A DNA stretch of 64,000 bases from an uncultured Acidobacteriota bacterium (lineage in GTDB: Bacteria; Acidobacteriota; Thermoanaerobaculia; Gp7-AA8): assembly GCA_963741955.1 (NCBI GenBank), contig CAVUKB010000007.1:640001-704000 (forward strand), given 5' to 3'. Below the pieces are notes generated by a model, which searched no databases, was not told where the DNA came from, and was given only the letters and a program-made list of their open reading frames with translations. This document shows positions 49,384-57,728 of this stretch, one piece after another (the first letter of the stretch is position 1; the number at the start of each line of letters is the position of its first letter). Both the position numbers and the translations under genes were made by a program.

Positions 49384-49495
49384 GCCGTCTCTCACAACCC
49401 GCCGCCCGCTTCGGTTCTTCCCGCGCTCCCGATTTCGAGGCGCGCCCGTCGGCAGCACCGTCGAGCTTCGGCTTCCAGCCGGCCGCGCGGAGTGG

Positions 49496-50887
49496 TCATG
49501 AATCGAGTCTCATGAAAAGGTTGTTCAGCGACTCGCTGAGCGTCGGATGGGCGAAGATGGCTTCCCGGATGGCCGGGTACTCGAGGCCGCCAATCATCGC
49601 GGTCTGCAGGACCGACATTACTTCACCCCCTTCCACGCCCAGGATGGCGCAGCCGAGAATCTCTCGCGTCTTCTCATCCACCACGGCCTTCATGAATCCG
49701 CGGGTCTCGTCCATCTCGATGGCCCGCGCGACATGTGTCATCGGGAGCTTTGCCACGCGGAACGGGCGGCCGCTCCTCTCCGCTTCCGTTTCGCTCATTC
49801 CCACCCGCCCCAGTTGCGGATCGATGAAGACGGTATACGGCACGAGCCGGCCGGCCGTGGTTGCGGATCCTCCGCTCAGGAGGTTCTCCCGCACGATCCG
49901 ATAATCGTCGTAGGAGATGTGCGTGAACGCGGGACCGCCGTTGACGTCGCCGAGCGCGTAGACGTCCGGCGCGGTCGTGGCGAGGCGCGAATCGACGCGT
50001 ATGAAGCCGCGGGTGTCGGTCTCGATCCCGCCGAGGTCCGCGCGCAGGTCGTCGGTATTGGGATTGCGCCCGGTTGCGACGAGGAGATGGGAGCCCTCGA
50101 GCTGGCGAGGTCCTCCGGGTGTCGAGACCTGCATTCGCAGCGCTCCACCCTCTGAATCGACGCCCGTGGCCCGGGAGCTCAGAAGCACTTCGATTCCATC
50201 TTCCTGGAGAATCTCTCGCACGGCCTCGGCCACGTCAGCGTCCTCACGGGTAAGCAGCTGGGCATTCTGTTGAATGATCGTCACCTCGGATCCGAACCGT
50301 CTGAACATCTGTCCGAATTCGAGACCCACGTAGCCGCCGCCCAGTACCAGAAGGTGTCGTGGCACATGTTCTAGCTCCATGATCGAGGTGTTGTCGAGAA
50401 ATGGGACGCCAGCGAGCCCCGGCAGCGAAGGGACGGAAGCCCGGGTACCGGTGTTGATGAAGACATGGCCCCCGTGGAGGCGGCGGGTACCGCCGCCCGA
50501 CAGCTCGACGACGATCTCCTTCTCTCCCGAAAATCGGCCTTCCCCCCGAATCAGCTCGACGCCGGGCGTCGTCTCGAGGCTCCTCTCGATCCCGTCTCGG
50601 AAACTCGTGACGACGCGCTCTTTTCTGAGCCTGATCGCGGCGAGATCGACCGCAACTGGTCCGGTCGAGATCCCATAGTCCGCCGCCCGCCGAGCGAGAT
50701 GCGCAACACGGGCGCTCGCCACCATCGTCTTGGTCGGCGTGCAGCCGAAGTTCACGCAACTGCCGCCGACTGCATCACGCTCGATGACGGCCACACTCCA
50801 TCCCGCGCGAGCGAGGGCCACCGCGAGCGGTTTTCCAGCCTGCCCGGTGCCGATGATCACCGCGTCCCGTTCTTCTGTCACGGACAT
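49496..50887 (-). CDS. Class I pyridine nucleotide-disulfide oxidoreductase (mercuric reductase-like/RclA-like)
   Basis: [28 protein letters not shown] and HPTLSE; lacks the C-terminal Cys-Cys pair of MerA. Confidence 0.9.
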   Translation of the reverse strand: MSVTEERDAVIIGTGQAGKPLAVALARAGWSVAVIERDAVGGSCVNFGCTPTKTMVASARVAHLARRAADYGISTGPVAVDLAAIRLRKERVVTSFRDGIERSLETTPGVELIRGEGRFSGEKEIVVELSGGGTRRLHGGHVFINTGTRASVPSLPGLAGVPFLDNTSIMELEHVPRHLLVLGGGYVGLEFGQMFRRFGSEVTIIQQNAQLLTREDADVAEAVREILQEDGIEVLLSSRATGVDSEGGALRMQVSTPGGPRQLEGSHLLVATGRNPNTDDLRADLGGIETDTRGFIRVDSRLATTAPDVYALGDVNGGPAFTHISYDDYRIVRENLLSGGSATTAGRLVPYTVFIDPQLGRVGMSETEAERSGRPFRVAKLPMTHVARAIEMDETRGFMKAVVDEKTREILGCAILGVEGGEVMSVLQTAMIGGLEYPAIREAIFAHPTLSESLNNLFMRLDS

Positions 50888-51280
50888 CCGTCTCTCTCCT
50901 TCTCTGATTCCGATTGCCCCTGGTGATGGAGATGGGCGGCACGCGCTCGTCCCGCCGATGTGGCATTCCGGAACAATGTTAGTGAGTGCAGCAAGGAGAG
51001 CAACTCTTACATCCGATCCGAAGAGAGGACCGGCGAGAGCTGGAGGAGAGCGCACCCTTGCATGCGAGTCCTGTCGGTGCCGAGGCCGTGAGGAGTTCGC
51101 AGATCGTGCGACGCATGCGCAGTGCTTCGCGGTTCCTCACATCGCGTGCTTCGAAAGGGAGGAGAGGGTCTTCCGCTCACGGAGTCGTTCGCGACGGTCC
51201 CGGATACGTGCAGCTTCTTCGGGCTGGGAAGCTGGCCGATGCCTCGATCCCGATGAGGAAATATCCACGGCCTCGTATCA

Positions 51281-51327
51281 CTCGCTCGTCGCTCGCCTCT
51301 CGTCGCTCGTCGCTCGTCGCTCGCCTC
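51281..51327. repeat. Heptamer repeats (TCGTCGC)
   Basis: Visible directly, immediately past the stop codon of the minus-strand response regulator. Confidence 0.8.
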
Positions 51328-51700
51328 ACGCGACCGCTTCGTGCACCTCACCGATCGCGAGCTGCAGTTTCTGCGGTGTCATCGGCTTGAAGAGATAACA
51401 GTCGATCCCGTACTTCAGTTTCGCGTATTTCTGGTACTGGTTCTTCTTGTAGATGGCGGTCATCAGAGCGATTCGTGGATGATAGTCGTCTCTCCGCGTT
51501 CGGAGATGACGGGCGATCTCGAATCCATGCATCTCGGGAAGAAGCCCGTCGAGGATGATCACGGGGGGGTGGTGAATCTCGGCGAGGCGGATCGCCTCCA
51601 GGCCGGTACGGGCGGTGATGGGCGAGTGGCCCATCGATTCGAGCATCTGAGTGAGCGTCTGGCGAACTCGGTTATCGTCATCGACGACTAGAATGTCCAT
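51326..51700 (-). CDS. Single-domain response regulator
   Basis: ILVVDDD, IILDGLLPEMHG, MTA and LFKP. Confidence 0.9.
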   Translation of the reverse strand: MDILVVDDDNRVRQTLTQMLESMGHSPITARTGLEAIRLAEIHHPPVIILDGLLPEMHGFEIARHLRTRRDDYHPRIALMTAIYKKNQYQKYAKLKYGIDCYLFKPMTPQKLQLAIGEVHEAVA

Positions 51701-51775
51701 TGATCTCGGCTCCTGAGCTTCAGTCCGCCACGGGTGGTGAAAAATACAGAAGCAAGGGAGCCGGTCGGGAGCTCG

Positions 51776-52459
51776 ATGACGATCACGCACGAAGACGTCG
51801 GAATTCTCCTCTTCACCCTCGAGGCTGCAGCGGTCGCGACGGTGCTGATCTTCCCGCTCGCGCTCGTCCTCGCGGGGGGAATGCGGAAGCTCCCGTCCGC
51901 GGTGCGGCCGTTCGCGGAGGCCGTCCTCTCGCTTCCGCTGGTGCTGCCGCCCACCGCGGTGGGCTTTCTTCTACTCGTCATCCTCTCGCGACGCGGCTCG
52001 GTCGGCGCGCTTCTCGAGCGTGCGGGGATCGAGATCGTCTTCACGCCCGCGGCAGTAGTGATCGCGGCGGCAGTGATGGCGTTCCCGCTCATGTTCCGCT
52101 CCTTCCGCGTTGCGATCGACGCGGCGGAGTTCCGCTACTTCGACATCGCCCGGACTCTCGGCGCCGGCCCGGTGAAGGCGTTCGTTCGCGTGGTCCTTCC
52201 GCTCTCGTGGCGGGGACTCCTCGCCGGTGTGGTCCTCGCGTACTGCCGCGCGATTGGAGAATTCGGTGCGACCATGCTCATCGCCGGCAACATCCCCGGC
52301 CGCACGCAGACCATCGCTCTCGGTATTTTCCAGCGGGTCGAGAGCGGTCATGAAGAGAAAGCGGTGATCCTTCTCCTCTTTGCGGTCGCCATCGCGCTCG
52401 GCGCGATGGCAGCGAGCGAATGGCTGATGCGGAGCCATCAGAGGAGAGTGAGCCGGTGA
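51776..52459 (+). CDS. modB: Molybdate ABC transporter permease
   Basis: LPLVLPPTAVGF, ARTLGA and RAIGEFGATMLIAGNIPGRTQT. Confidence 0.93.
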   Translation: MTITHEDVGILLFTLEAAAVATVLIFPLALVLAGGMRKLPSAVRPFAEAVLSLPLVLPPTAVGFLLLVILSRRGSVGALLERAGIEIVFTPAAVVIAAAVMAFPLMFRSFRVAIDAAEFRYFDIARTLGAGPVKAFVRVVLPLSWRGLLAGVVLAYCRAIGEFGATMLIAGNIPGRTQTIALGIFQRVESGHEEKAVILLLFAVAIALGAMAASEWLMRSHQRRVSR

Positions 52460-53505
52460 TCGAGCTTTCTCTGAACGTGCCGCTCTCCGAATTCGACCTG
52501 CGGGTCGACACGACGCTCAGCGGCTCGGTAACCGCCGTGGTGGGTCCTTCGGGTGCGGGAAAGACCTCTCTGCTCGAGACGATCGCAGGGCTTCGACCTC
52601 TTGCGACGGGACGCATCGCGGTCGGAGGGAGAACGGTCATGGACTCGGCTCGAGGGGTGGACGTCCCGCCGGAGCGGAGGAGGTTCGGCTACGTCCCGCA
52701 GGACGTCGCTCTCTTCCCGCATCTCGACGTCCGACGGAACATACTCTTCGGGGCGAAGAAGGGCGCCGAGCCCGCCGAGCTGATCGCGATCCTCGGGCTC
52801 GAGCCGCTTCTCCACCGCTATCCGTCGAGGCTCTCCGGGGGCGAGAAGCAGCGGGTGGCGCTCGCGCGTGCGTTGATGACTGCTCCGGATCTCCTCCTTC
52901 TCGACGAGCCGCTCGCCGCGCTCGACCCTTCTCTCAAGGAGCGCGTCGTCCGGCATCTCCGGAAGATCCGCGAGCACGTACGGATTCCGATGATCTACGT
53001 CACGCACCAGATCGTCGAAGCGCTCGCCCTGAGCGACGAGACGATCGTCCTTTCGCGAGGAGAAGTGGTCGCTGCCGGCAAATCGAGCGAGGTGTTGCGG
53101 CGGGCTTCGGTCGCCGGAAGCGAAGCGCTGGAGAATGTCTTCGAGGTCGACGATCCGGTGTCGGAGCCGGAGGGAGGAACGGTGAGGGTGCGGACGCGCG
53201 AAGGAGTCTCTCTCGTCCTTCCGTCGGATCTGGTGAGTGCGGCCGAATTTCCGATCGCGGTCCGGATCAGCGGGGAGGAAGTTCTGCTGTTCGCCGAGGA
53301 GCCGAGGGCGGTCTCCGCGCGCAACGTCCTGAGCGGTATCATTCTCGGAATCGAATCCAGCGACGGAATTGCGGACGTGACGATCGATGCCGTCTCCCTC
53401 CTGCGAGTCCGGATCACGGCCTCCGCGGCCGCGGATCTCCGGTTGGAGGAGGGGAAGAGAGTGTGGGTGGCGTTGCGGAGCCGTTCGTTCCGGATCGTCG
53501 GTTGA
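52456..53505 (+). CDS. modC: Molybdate ABC transporter ATP-binding protein
   Basis: GPSGAGKT, LSGGEKQR, LLLDEP and a C-terminal TOBE domain (SARN). Confidence 0.92.
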   Translation: MIELSLNVPLSEFDLRVDTTLSGSVTAVVGPSGAGKTSLLETIAGLRPLATGRIAVGGRTVMDSARGVDVPPERRRFGYVPQDVALFPHLDVRRNILFGAKKGAEPAELIAILGLEPLLHRYPSRLSGGEKQRVALARALMTAPDLLLLDEPLAALDPSLKERVVRHLRKIREHVRIPMIYVTHQIVEALALSDETIVLSRGEVVAAGKSSEVLRRASVAGSEALENVFEVDDPVSEPEGGTVRVRTREGVSLVLPSDLVSAAEFPIAVRISGEEVLLFAEEPRAVSARNVLSGIILGIESSDGIADVTIDAVSLLRVRITASAAADLRLEEGKRVWVALRSRSFRIVG

Positions 53506-53524
53506 GGTGGAGGAGGAGAGTGCC

Positions 53525-53764
53525 ATGAAGCTCCCGTGGAATCTGACCAGCGATGAGATCAGGGTGATGCAGGAGTTCCGGCTGCGGAAGAGCGAAGAGC
53601 TGTCACCGGACGAGATCGCTGCGATCAGACACCCGGCCGGAGGAGGGGTTGCTCCTGCGCAGTCGCTGGTCCGGAAGGGGTACCTGGACGAAGACGAAGA
53701 AAGTGGGCATTTTCGGCTCCGGCAGAGAGCGAAGGACTTTCTGGCAATCGATTACGTGCCGTGA
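53525..53764 (+). CDS. Small hypothetical protein, possibly winged helix
   Basis: GGAGGAG RBS; SLVRKGYL...FRL pattern. Confidence 0.6.
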   Translation: MKLPWNLTSDEIRVMQEFRLRKSEELSPDEIAAIRHPAGGGVAPAQSLVRKGYLDEDEESGHFRLRQRAKDFLAIDYVP

Positions 53765-53879
53765 AGTGGCAGGTCTGCAGATTCGTTTCACCGGATACGT
53801 GCGCCAAATGCTTGATGACATGGCACTTACGGGCGCAGGTGGAGCGCACTCCAGCCGGGCTCGCTTCCGCTAAGGCTTG

Positions 53880-53908
53880 TTGACGGAAGGACTTATCCGG
53901 TTTACGAT
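53880..53908 (+). promoter_or_regulatory. Sigma70-type promoter
   Basis: TTGACG-17 bp-TACGAT, then GAGG and an ATG at 53926. Confidence 0.7.
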
Positions 53909-53925
53909 GAGTGCGAGGTTTCCAG

Positions 53926-54384
53926 ATGAAAGGTGGCCAGAAGTCGGAGAGGCAATCAGGCAAATCCGTAAAGAAAGCATCCGATGAAAAAAGCCGAAAA
54001 AACGAAAACCTCCGCCAGAAAAGCTCCAAAGAAGCCGGCAAAAGCGGCAGCAAAAAAGGCCGTAGCGGCCAGGCCGTCTCGGCCAAAAGCGGCCCGGCCG
54101 GCAAAAAAAGCGCCCGCAAAGCCAGCCCGAAAGGCGGCAGCAAAGCCGGCAAAGAAAGCAGCCGCAAAAAAGCAGCCGCAAAAGCAACCGGCCAAGGCGG
54201 CGCCTCGAAAGGCCGCACCAAAAAAAGCGCGGCCGGTGGCAGCCGAACCGTCGCAGCAGCCGCCGGCCGAACGACGAAGCGAAGCGCCGCCGAAACCCCA
54301 GGCTTCAGTAATCCAGCGATCGCCGCAGCATTCAAGCGTGCAATCCGAAAGTACCCCGCCGCCTTTCGACGGCTCACGGACTAA
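53926..54384 (+). CDS. Basic low-complexity protein ending in a Doc-antitoxin-like helix (overlaps the next ORF in another frame)
   Basis: Has its own promoter and RBS; C-terminus IAAAFKRAIRKYPAAFRRLTD; stop codon falls exactly where the Doc domain begins. Confidence 0.55.
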   Translation: MKGGQKSERQSGKSVKKASDEKSRKNENLRQKSSKEAGKSGSKKGRSGQAVSAKSGPAGKKSARKASPKGGSKAGKESSRKKAAAKATGQGGASKGRTKKSAAGGSRTVAAAAGRTTKRSAAETPGFSNPAIAAAFKRAIRKYPAAFRRLTD

Positions 54385-54826
54385 TGCCGCTGCGGTTCGC
54401 TATCTCACTCCTCAGGACGTGATCGAGCTGCATCGAGCGGTCTCCACCGAGTACGGTGGAACGCACGCACAGCCTGGTGCGCTCGCTTCGCAGTTCGGAC
54501 TCCAGAACGCCATCCAGCGACCGCAAGCGACCATCATGGGCCGCGATGCGTACGCCACGCTTCCGGAAAAGGCAGCGGCGTTCTTCTTCGCGCTCCTTCA
54601 GAACACGCCGTTCGAGACGGGAAACCGGCGTGTCGCTCTGGCATCGCTGGTCGCATTCTGTGAGGTGAACCGCTGTCAGATCGACGGACGGGCGATCGAC
54701 GAGAAATCGCTCGAGAATCTCGTCAAACGCGGTGCGAGCTACCGCGAGCAGGGTGTTCCGCCCGAGGTCGTGTTCGCGGAGATCCGGGAGGCGATGTCGC
54801 GCGCGATCGTACCGATGAGCTCCTGA
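53984..54826 (+). CDS. Doc/Fic-family protein with a histone-H1-like (Ala/Lys/Pro) N-terminal extension and a degenerate Fic motif
   Basis: RYLTPQDVIELH, LQNAIQRP, DAYATLPEKAAA and NTPFETGNRR in place of HPFxDGNKR. Confidence 0.8.
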   Translation: MKKAEKTKTSARKAPKKPAKAAAKKAVAARPSRPKAARPAKKAPAKPARKAAAKPAKKAAAKKQPQKQPAKAAPRKAAPKKARPVAAEPSQQPPAERRSEAPPKPQASVIQRSPQHSSVQSESTPPPFDGSRTNAAAVRYLTPQDVIELHRAVSTEYGGTHAQPGALASQFGLQNAIQRPQATIMGRDAYATLPEKAAAFFFALLQNTPFETGNRRVALASLVAFCEVNRCQIDGRAIDEKSLENLVKRGASYREQGVPPEVVFAEIREAMSRAIVPMSS

Positions 54827-54906
54827 CTGGCCGAATCGGTGCGTCGAATGCGGCGCGAGTTTCCCTGGCGGGCTGGAGTGGTCCATAATTCGGTACGGGT
54901 GAACCC

Positions 54907-56301
54907 ATGTCCGATTCCACGTCCTTGCCGGCGCGACTGATCCCACTGTTGATCGCCTTGAGCCTTCTCTTTCCCCTCTCCGGGATTGCGAAGGTCATCA
55001 GGATCACCATCGACGGCCCGATTCATCCCATCGTCGAGGAGTACGTGGAGCGTGCGGTTGCGGCGGCGGAACGTGAGAAAGCGGATGCGCTTCTGATCGA
55101 GCTGCGTACGCCCGGCGGACTCGAGTCATCGACGCGGAAGATCGTCCACCAGATCGTGAGCTCGCCGGTGCCGGTCATCATCTGGGTGACTCCGAGCGGA
55201 AGCCGCGCCGCATCGGCGGGATTCTTCATTCTCGAATCGGCAGACGTGGCTGCCATGGCGCCCGGGACGAACACCGGAGCCGCGCACCCGGTCCTTCTCG
55301 TCGGTCAGGACAAGATCGACGACGTGATGAAAAAGAAGATCGAGAACGACTCGGCGGCTTTCATGCGCTCGATCGCCTCGAAACGCGGCCGGAACGTGAA
55401 GATAGCCGAGAGCGCGGTGCGTGAGTCGACTTCGATGACTGACGAGGAAGCGCTGAAGGACGGCGTGATCGACTACGTCGCCCGCGATCAGAAGGAGCTG
55501 TTCGCGAAGGTCTCCTCGAGACCGGTGCGGCGGTTCGATGGATCGACGGTGAAACTCTCGCTGGTCGGAGATCCGGTCGAAGATCGCGGGATGACGCTCA
55601 AGCAGCGGCTCCTCGCATATCTGATGGATCCGAACATCGCGTTCATCCTATTCTCGGTGGGGATGCTCGGCATCTGGGCGGAGCTGAGCCATCCGGGCGC
55701 CATCTTCCCCGGAGTGGTGGGAGGGATCGCGATCCTCCTCTCCGTCTTCGCCTTCAATCTGCTTCCGACCAGTTACGCCGCCGTCCTGCTCATCGTCGCG
55801 GCGTTCGTCCTCTTCGCTCTCGAAGCGAAGTTCGCCAGTCACGGAGTGCTCGGAATCGGAGGAGTCGTCTGCATGGTCTTCGGTGCGCTGCTGCTCGTTG
55901 ACGGACCGATTCCGGAGATGCGGGTGAAGCTGATCACCGCGCTCGCCGTGAGCATTCCCTTCGGTATCATTGCCGTCTTCCTGATGAGTCTCGCGTTGAG
56001 GGCGAGACGGGGACGGGTGGTCACCGGCGAACAGGGGATGATCGGCGAAGTGGGTGTGGCCCGCACTCCGCTCGATCCGTCGGGCAGAATTTTCGTTCAC
56101 GGAGAGCTCTGGAATGCGCGCTCGATTCAACCCGTCGGAACCGGATCGAAGGTGATCGTCACCGCGATCGAGGGACTCGAACTGACTGTCGCGCCGCTCA
56201 TCGAAACCATTCCCGCGGCCGGAGGAGGGGAAACTTCCTCGAAACCCCCGCAGCCCCCGGCGGAAGCGCATCCGTCGTCGGGAACTTCCGGTCCTAACTG
56301 A
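54907..56301 (+). CDS. NfeD (long form with a ClpP-like serine protease domain)
   Basis: TPGG, RAASAG, AMAPGTNTGAAHP, TM region and C-terminal GRIFVHGELWNA. Confidence 0.93.
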   Translation: MSDSTSLPARLIPLLIALSLLFPLSGIAKVIRITIDGPIHPIVEEYVERAVAAAEREKADALLIELRTPGGLESSTRKIVHQIVSSPVPVIIWVTPSGSRAASAGFFILESADVAAMAPGTNTGAAHPVLLVGQDKIDDVMKKKIENDSAAFMRSIASKRGRNVKIAESAVRESTSMTDEEALKDGVIDYVARDQKELFAKVSSRPVRRFDGSTVKLSLVGDPVEDRGMTLKQRLLAYLMDPNIAFILFSVGMLGIWAELSHPGAIFPGVVGGIAILLSVFAFNLLPTSYAAVLLIVAAFVLFALEAKFASHGVLGIGGVVCMVFGALLLVDGPIPEMRVKLITALAVSIPFGIIAVFLMSLALRARRGRVVTGEQGMIGEVGVARTPLDPSGRIFVHGELWNARSIQPVGTGSKVIVTAIEGLELTVAPLIETIPAAGGGETSSKPPQPPAEAHPSSGTSGPN

Positions 56302-56390
56302 ATCCGTCCCGCTCCCATGGCCGCCATCGCGCGGCCGATACGTGAAACGGGGTTGCCTCGCGCAATGCGATCCCGAACAGAGGAGGTTTC

Positions 56391-57167
56391 ATGCCGCTCG
56401 GATTGCTGGTCTTCTTTTTCATCCTGTTTCTCTATCTGGTCAGCTCGATCAAGATCCTCGCGGAGTACGAGCGCGGGGTCATCTTCCGCCTCGGACGTCT
56501 GCTCGGTGCCCCAAAAGGTCCAGGTCTGATCCTGGTGTTCGCTCCGATCGACCGGATGGTGCGCATCTCCCTGCGTCAGGAGGCGCTCGAGGTTCCACCT
56601 CAGGACGTGATCACCCGCGACAACGTGACGATCAAAGTCAACGCGGTCATCTTTCTGCGGGTCATCGATCCGAGCAAGGCGGTGGTCGAGGTCTCGAATT
56701 ACGTCTATCAGACCTCGCAGTTCGCGCAGACGACGCTCCGTTCCGTGCTCGGGGAAGTCGAGCTCGACGAGCTCCTCTCGAACCGCGAAGCGTTGAACGT
56801 GAGGATCCAGGCGATTCTCGACATGCACACCGCCCCCTGGGGCGTGAAGGTGATCAACGTCGAGGTCAAGCAGGTCGATCTTCCGGAGCAGATGACGCGT
56901 GCGATGGCCAAGCAGGCCGAAGCCGAGCGTGAGAAGCGATCGAAGATCATCCACGCCGAGGGTGAGTTCATGGCCGCTCAGCGCCTCGCCGACGCAGCGA
57001 AGGTACTCGCCACCGAGCCGATCACCATCCAGCTCCGGTATCTGCAGACGCTGACGGAGATCGGGGTGGAGAAGAACACCACCATCGTCTTCCCTCTCCC
57101 GGTCGACCTTCTGGCGGGACTCTCGAATCTCGGAGTTTCGAACGCCGACGGCACGTCCAGGACCTGA
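56391..57167 (+). CDS. Slipin/stomatin (SPFH domain) protein
   Basis: [38 protein letters not shown] and QLRYLQTL. Confidence 0.95.
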   Translation: MPLGLLVFFFILFLYLVSSIKILAEYERGVIFRLGRLLGAPKGPGLILVFAPIDRMVRISLRQEALEVPPQDVITRDNVTIKVNAVIFLRVIDPSKAVVEVSNYVYQTSQFAQTTLRSVLGEVELDELLSNREALNVRIQAILDMHTAPWGVKVINVEVKQVDLPEQMTRAMAKQAEAEREKRSKIIHAEGEFMAAQRLADAAKVLATEPITIQLRYLQTLTEIGVEKNTTIVFPLPVDLLAGLSNLGVSNADGTSRT

Positions 57168-57267
57168 ACATCGTTTCGCGAGTTGGCGGAGCATTCGCCC
57201 GTTGCGGTCCGGCGTTCGCGCCGGACCGCGTGCGCTCTCGCGCCGCTCTCATCCGCGCACCGGTTGA

Positions 57268-57606
57268 TCAGCTCTGAGTCGTTCTCTTGCGGCTTTCGTA
57301 GAGAATCATCAGGTTCCGTGCGTACAGGAACGGGAGGAAGAGATACCCGAGGATCACCGGCAGCTTGTCGACGTGGAAACCGTAGACGAGCGAGATCAGG
57401 CTCCCCCATAGGCTCAGGTGCCAGAAAATCGGAGGGACGATCAGTTCCTTCTTCTTCTCCGAATGCAGCCATTGAATGATGAAGCGGGAACTGAAGAGGA
57501 AATTGCCGAGCAGACCGAAGACGGTCCACCAGAGCGAGTCGCGATAGAACCATTGAAAATGCGGTCCGATGAGCGGTTCGAGAAAGCCGCCGGGTCCTGC
57601 CTGCAT
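57268..57606 (-). CDS. Lipid-A-disaccharide synthase N-terminal (LAB_N) domain membrane protein
   Basis: GLLGNFLFSSRFIIQWLHSE..P..FW.LSL.G and YARNL. Confidence 0.85.
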   Translation of the reverse strand: MQAGPGGFLEPLIGPHFQWFYRDSLWWTVFGLLGNFLFSSRFIIQWLHSEKKKELIVPPIFWHLSLWGSLISLVYGFHVDKLPVILGYLFLPFLYARNLMILYESRKRTTQS

Positions 57607-57728
57607 GTGGGATCCTCCGTCGAGATTCGGGAGATGGTATCGGATTTGTCCCCGACGGCGCACTCGGGTATCCCTTCGCCGACTCGACATTTTGGGCGCG
57701 TAATGTGCAGGAAAGCGGGCGGAACATC

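Noticed and set aside
49496-50887. merA mercury resistance
   Set aside because: No C-terminal Cys-Cys, no N-terminal HMA domain and no mer operon
51710-51760. Moco or tungsten riboswitch upstream of modB
   Set aside because: Some pairing is possible (CTCC/GGAG, GCTTC/GAAGC), but it is too short and lacks the expected multi-stem motif; CTCCT is the RBS of the divergent gene
54384-54422. ATG overlapping the frame-B stop (TAATG) as the Doc start
   Set aside because: It is out of frame with the Doc domain and gives only MPLRFAISLLRT*; it would work only if there is an indel here, which needs a read check
54907-57167. NfeD-slipin pair as a novel system
   Set aside because: This is a well-documented conserved operon
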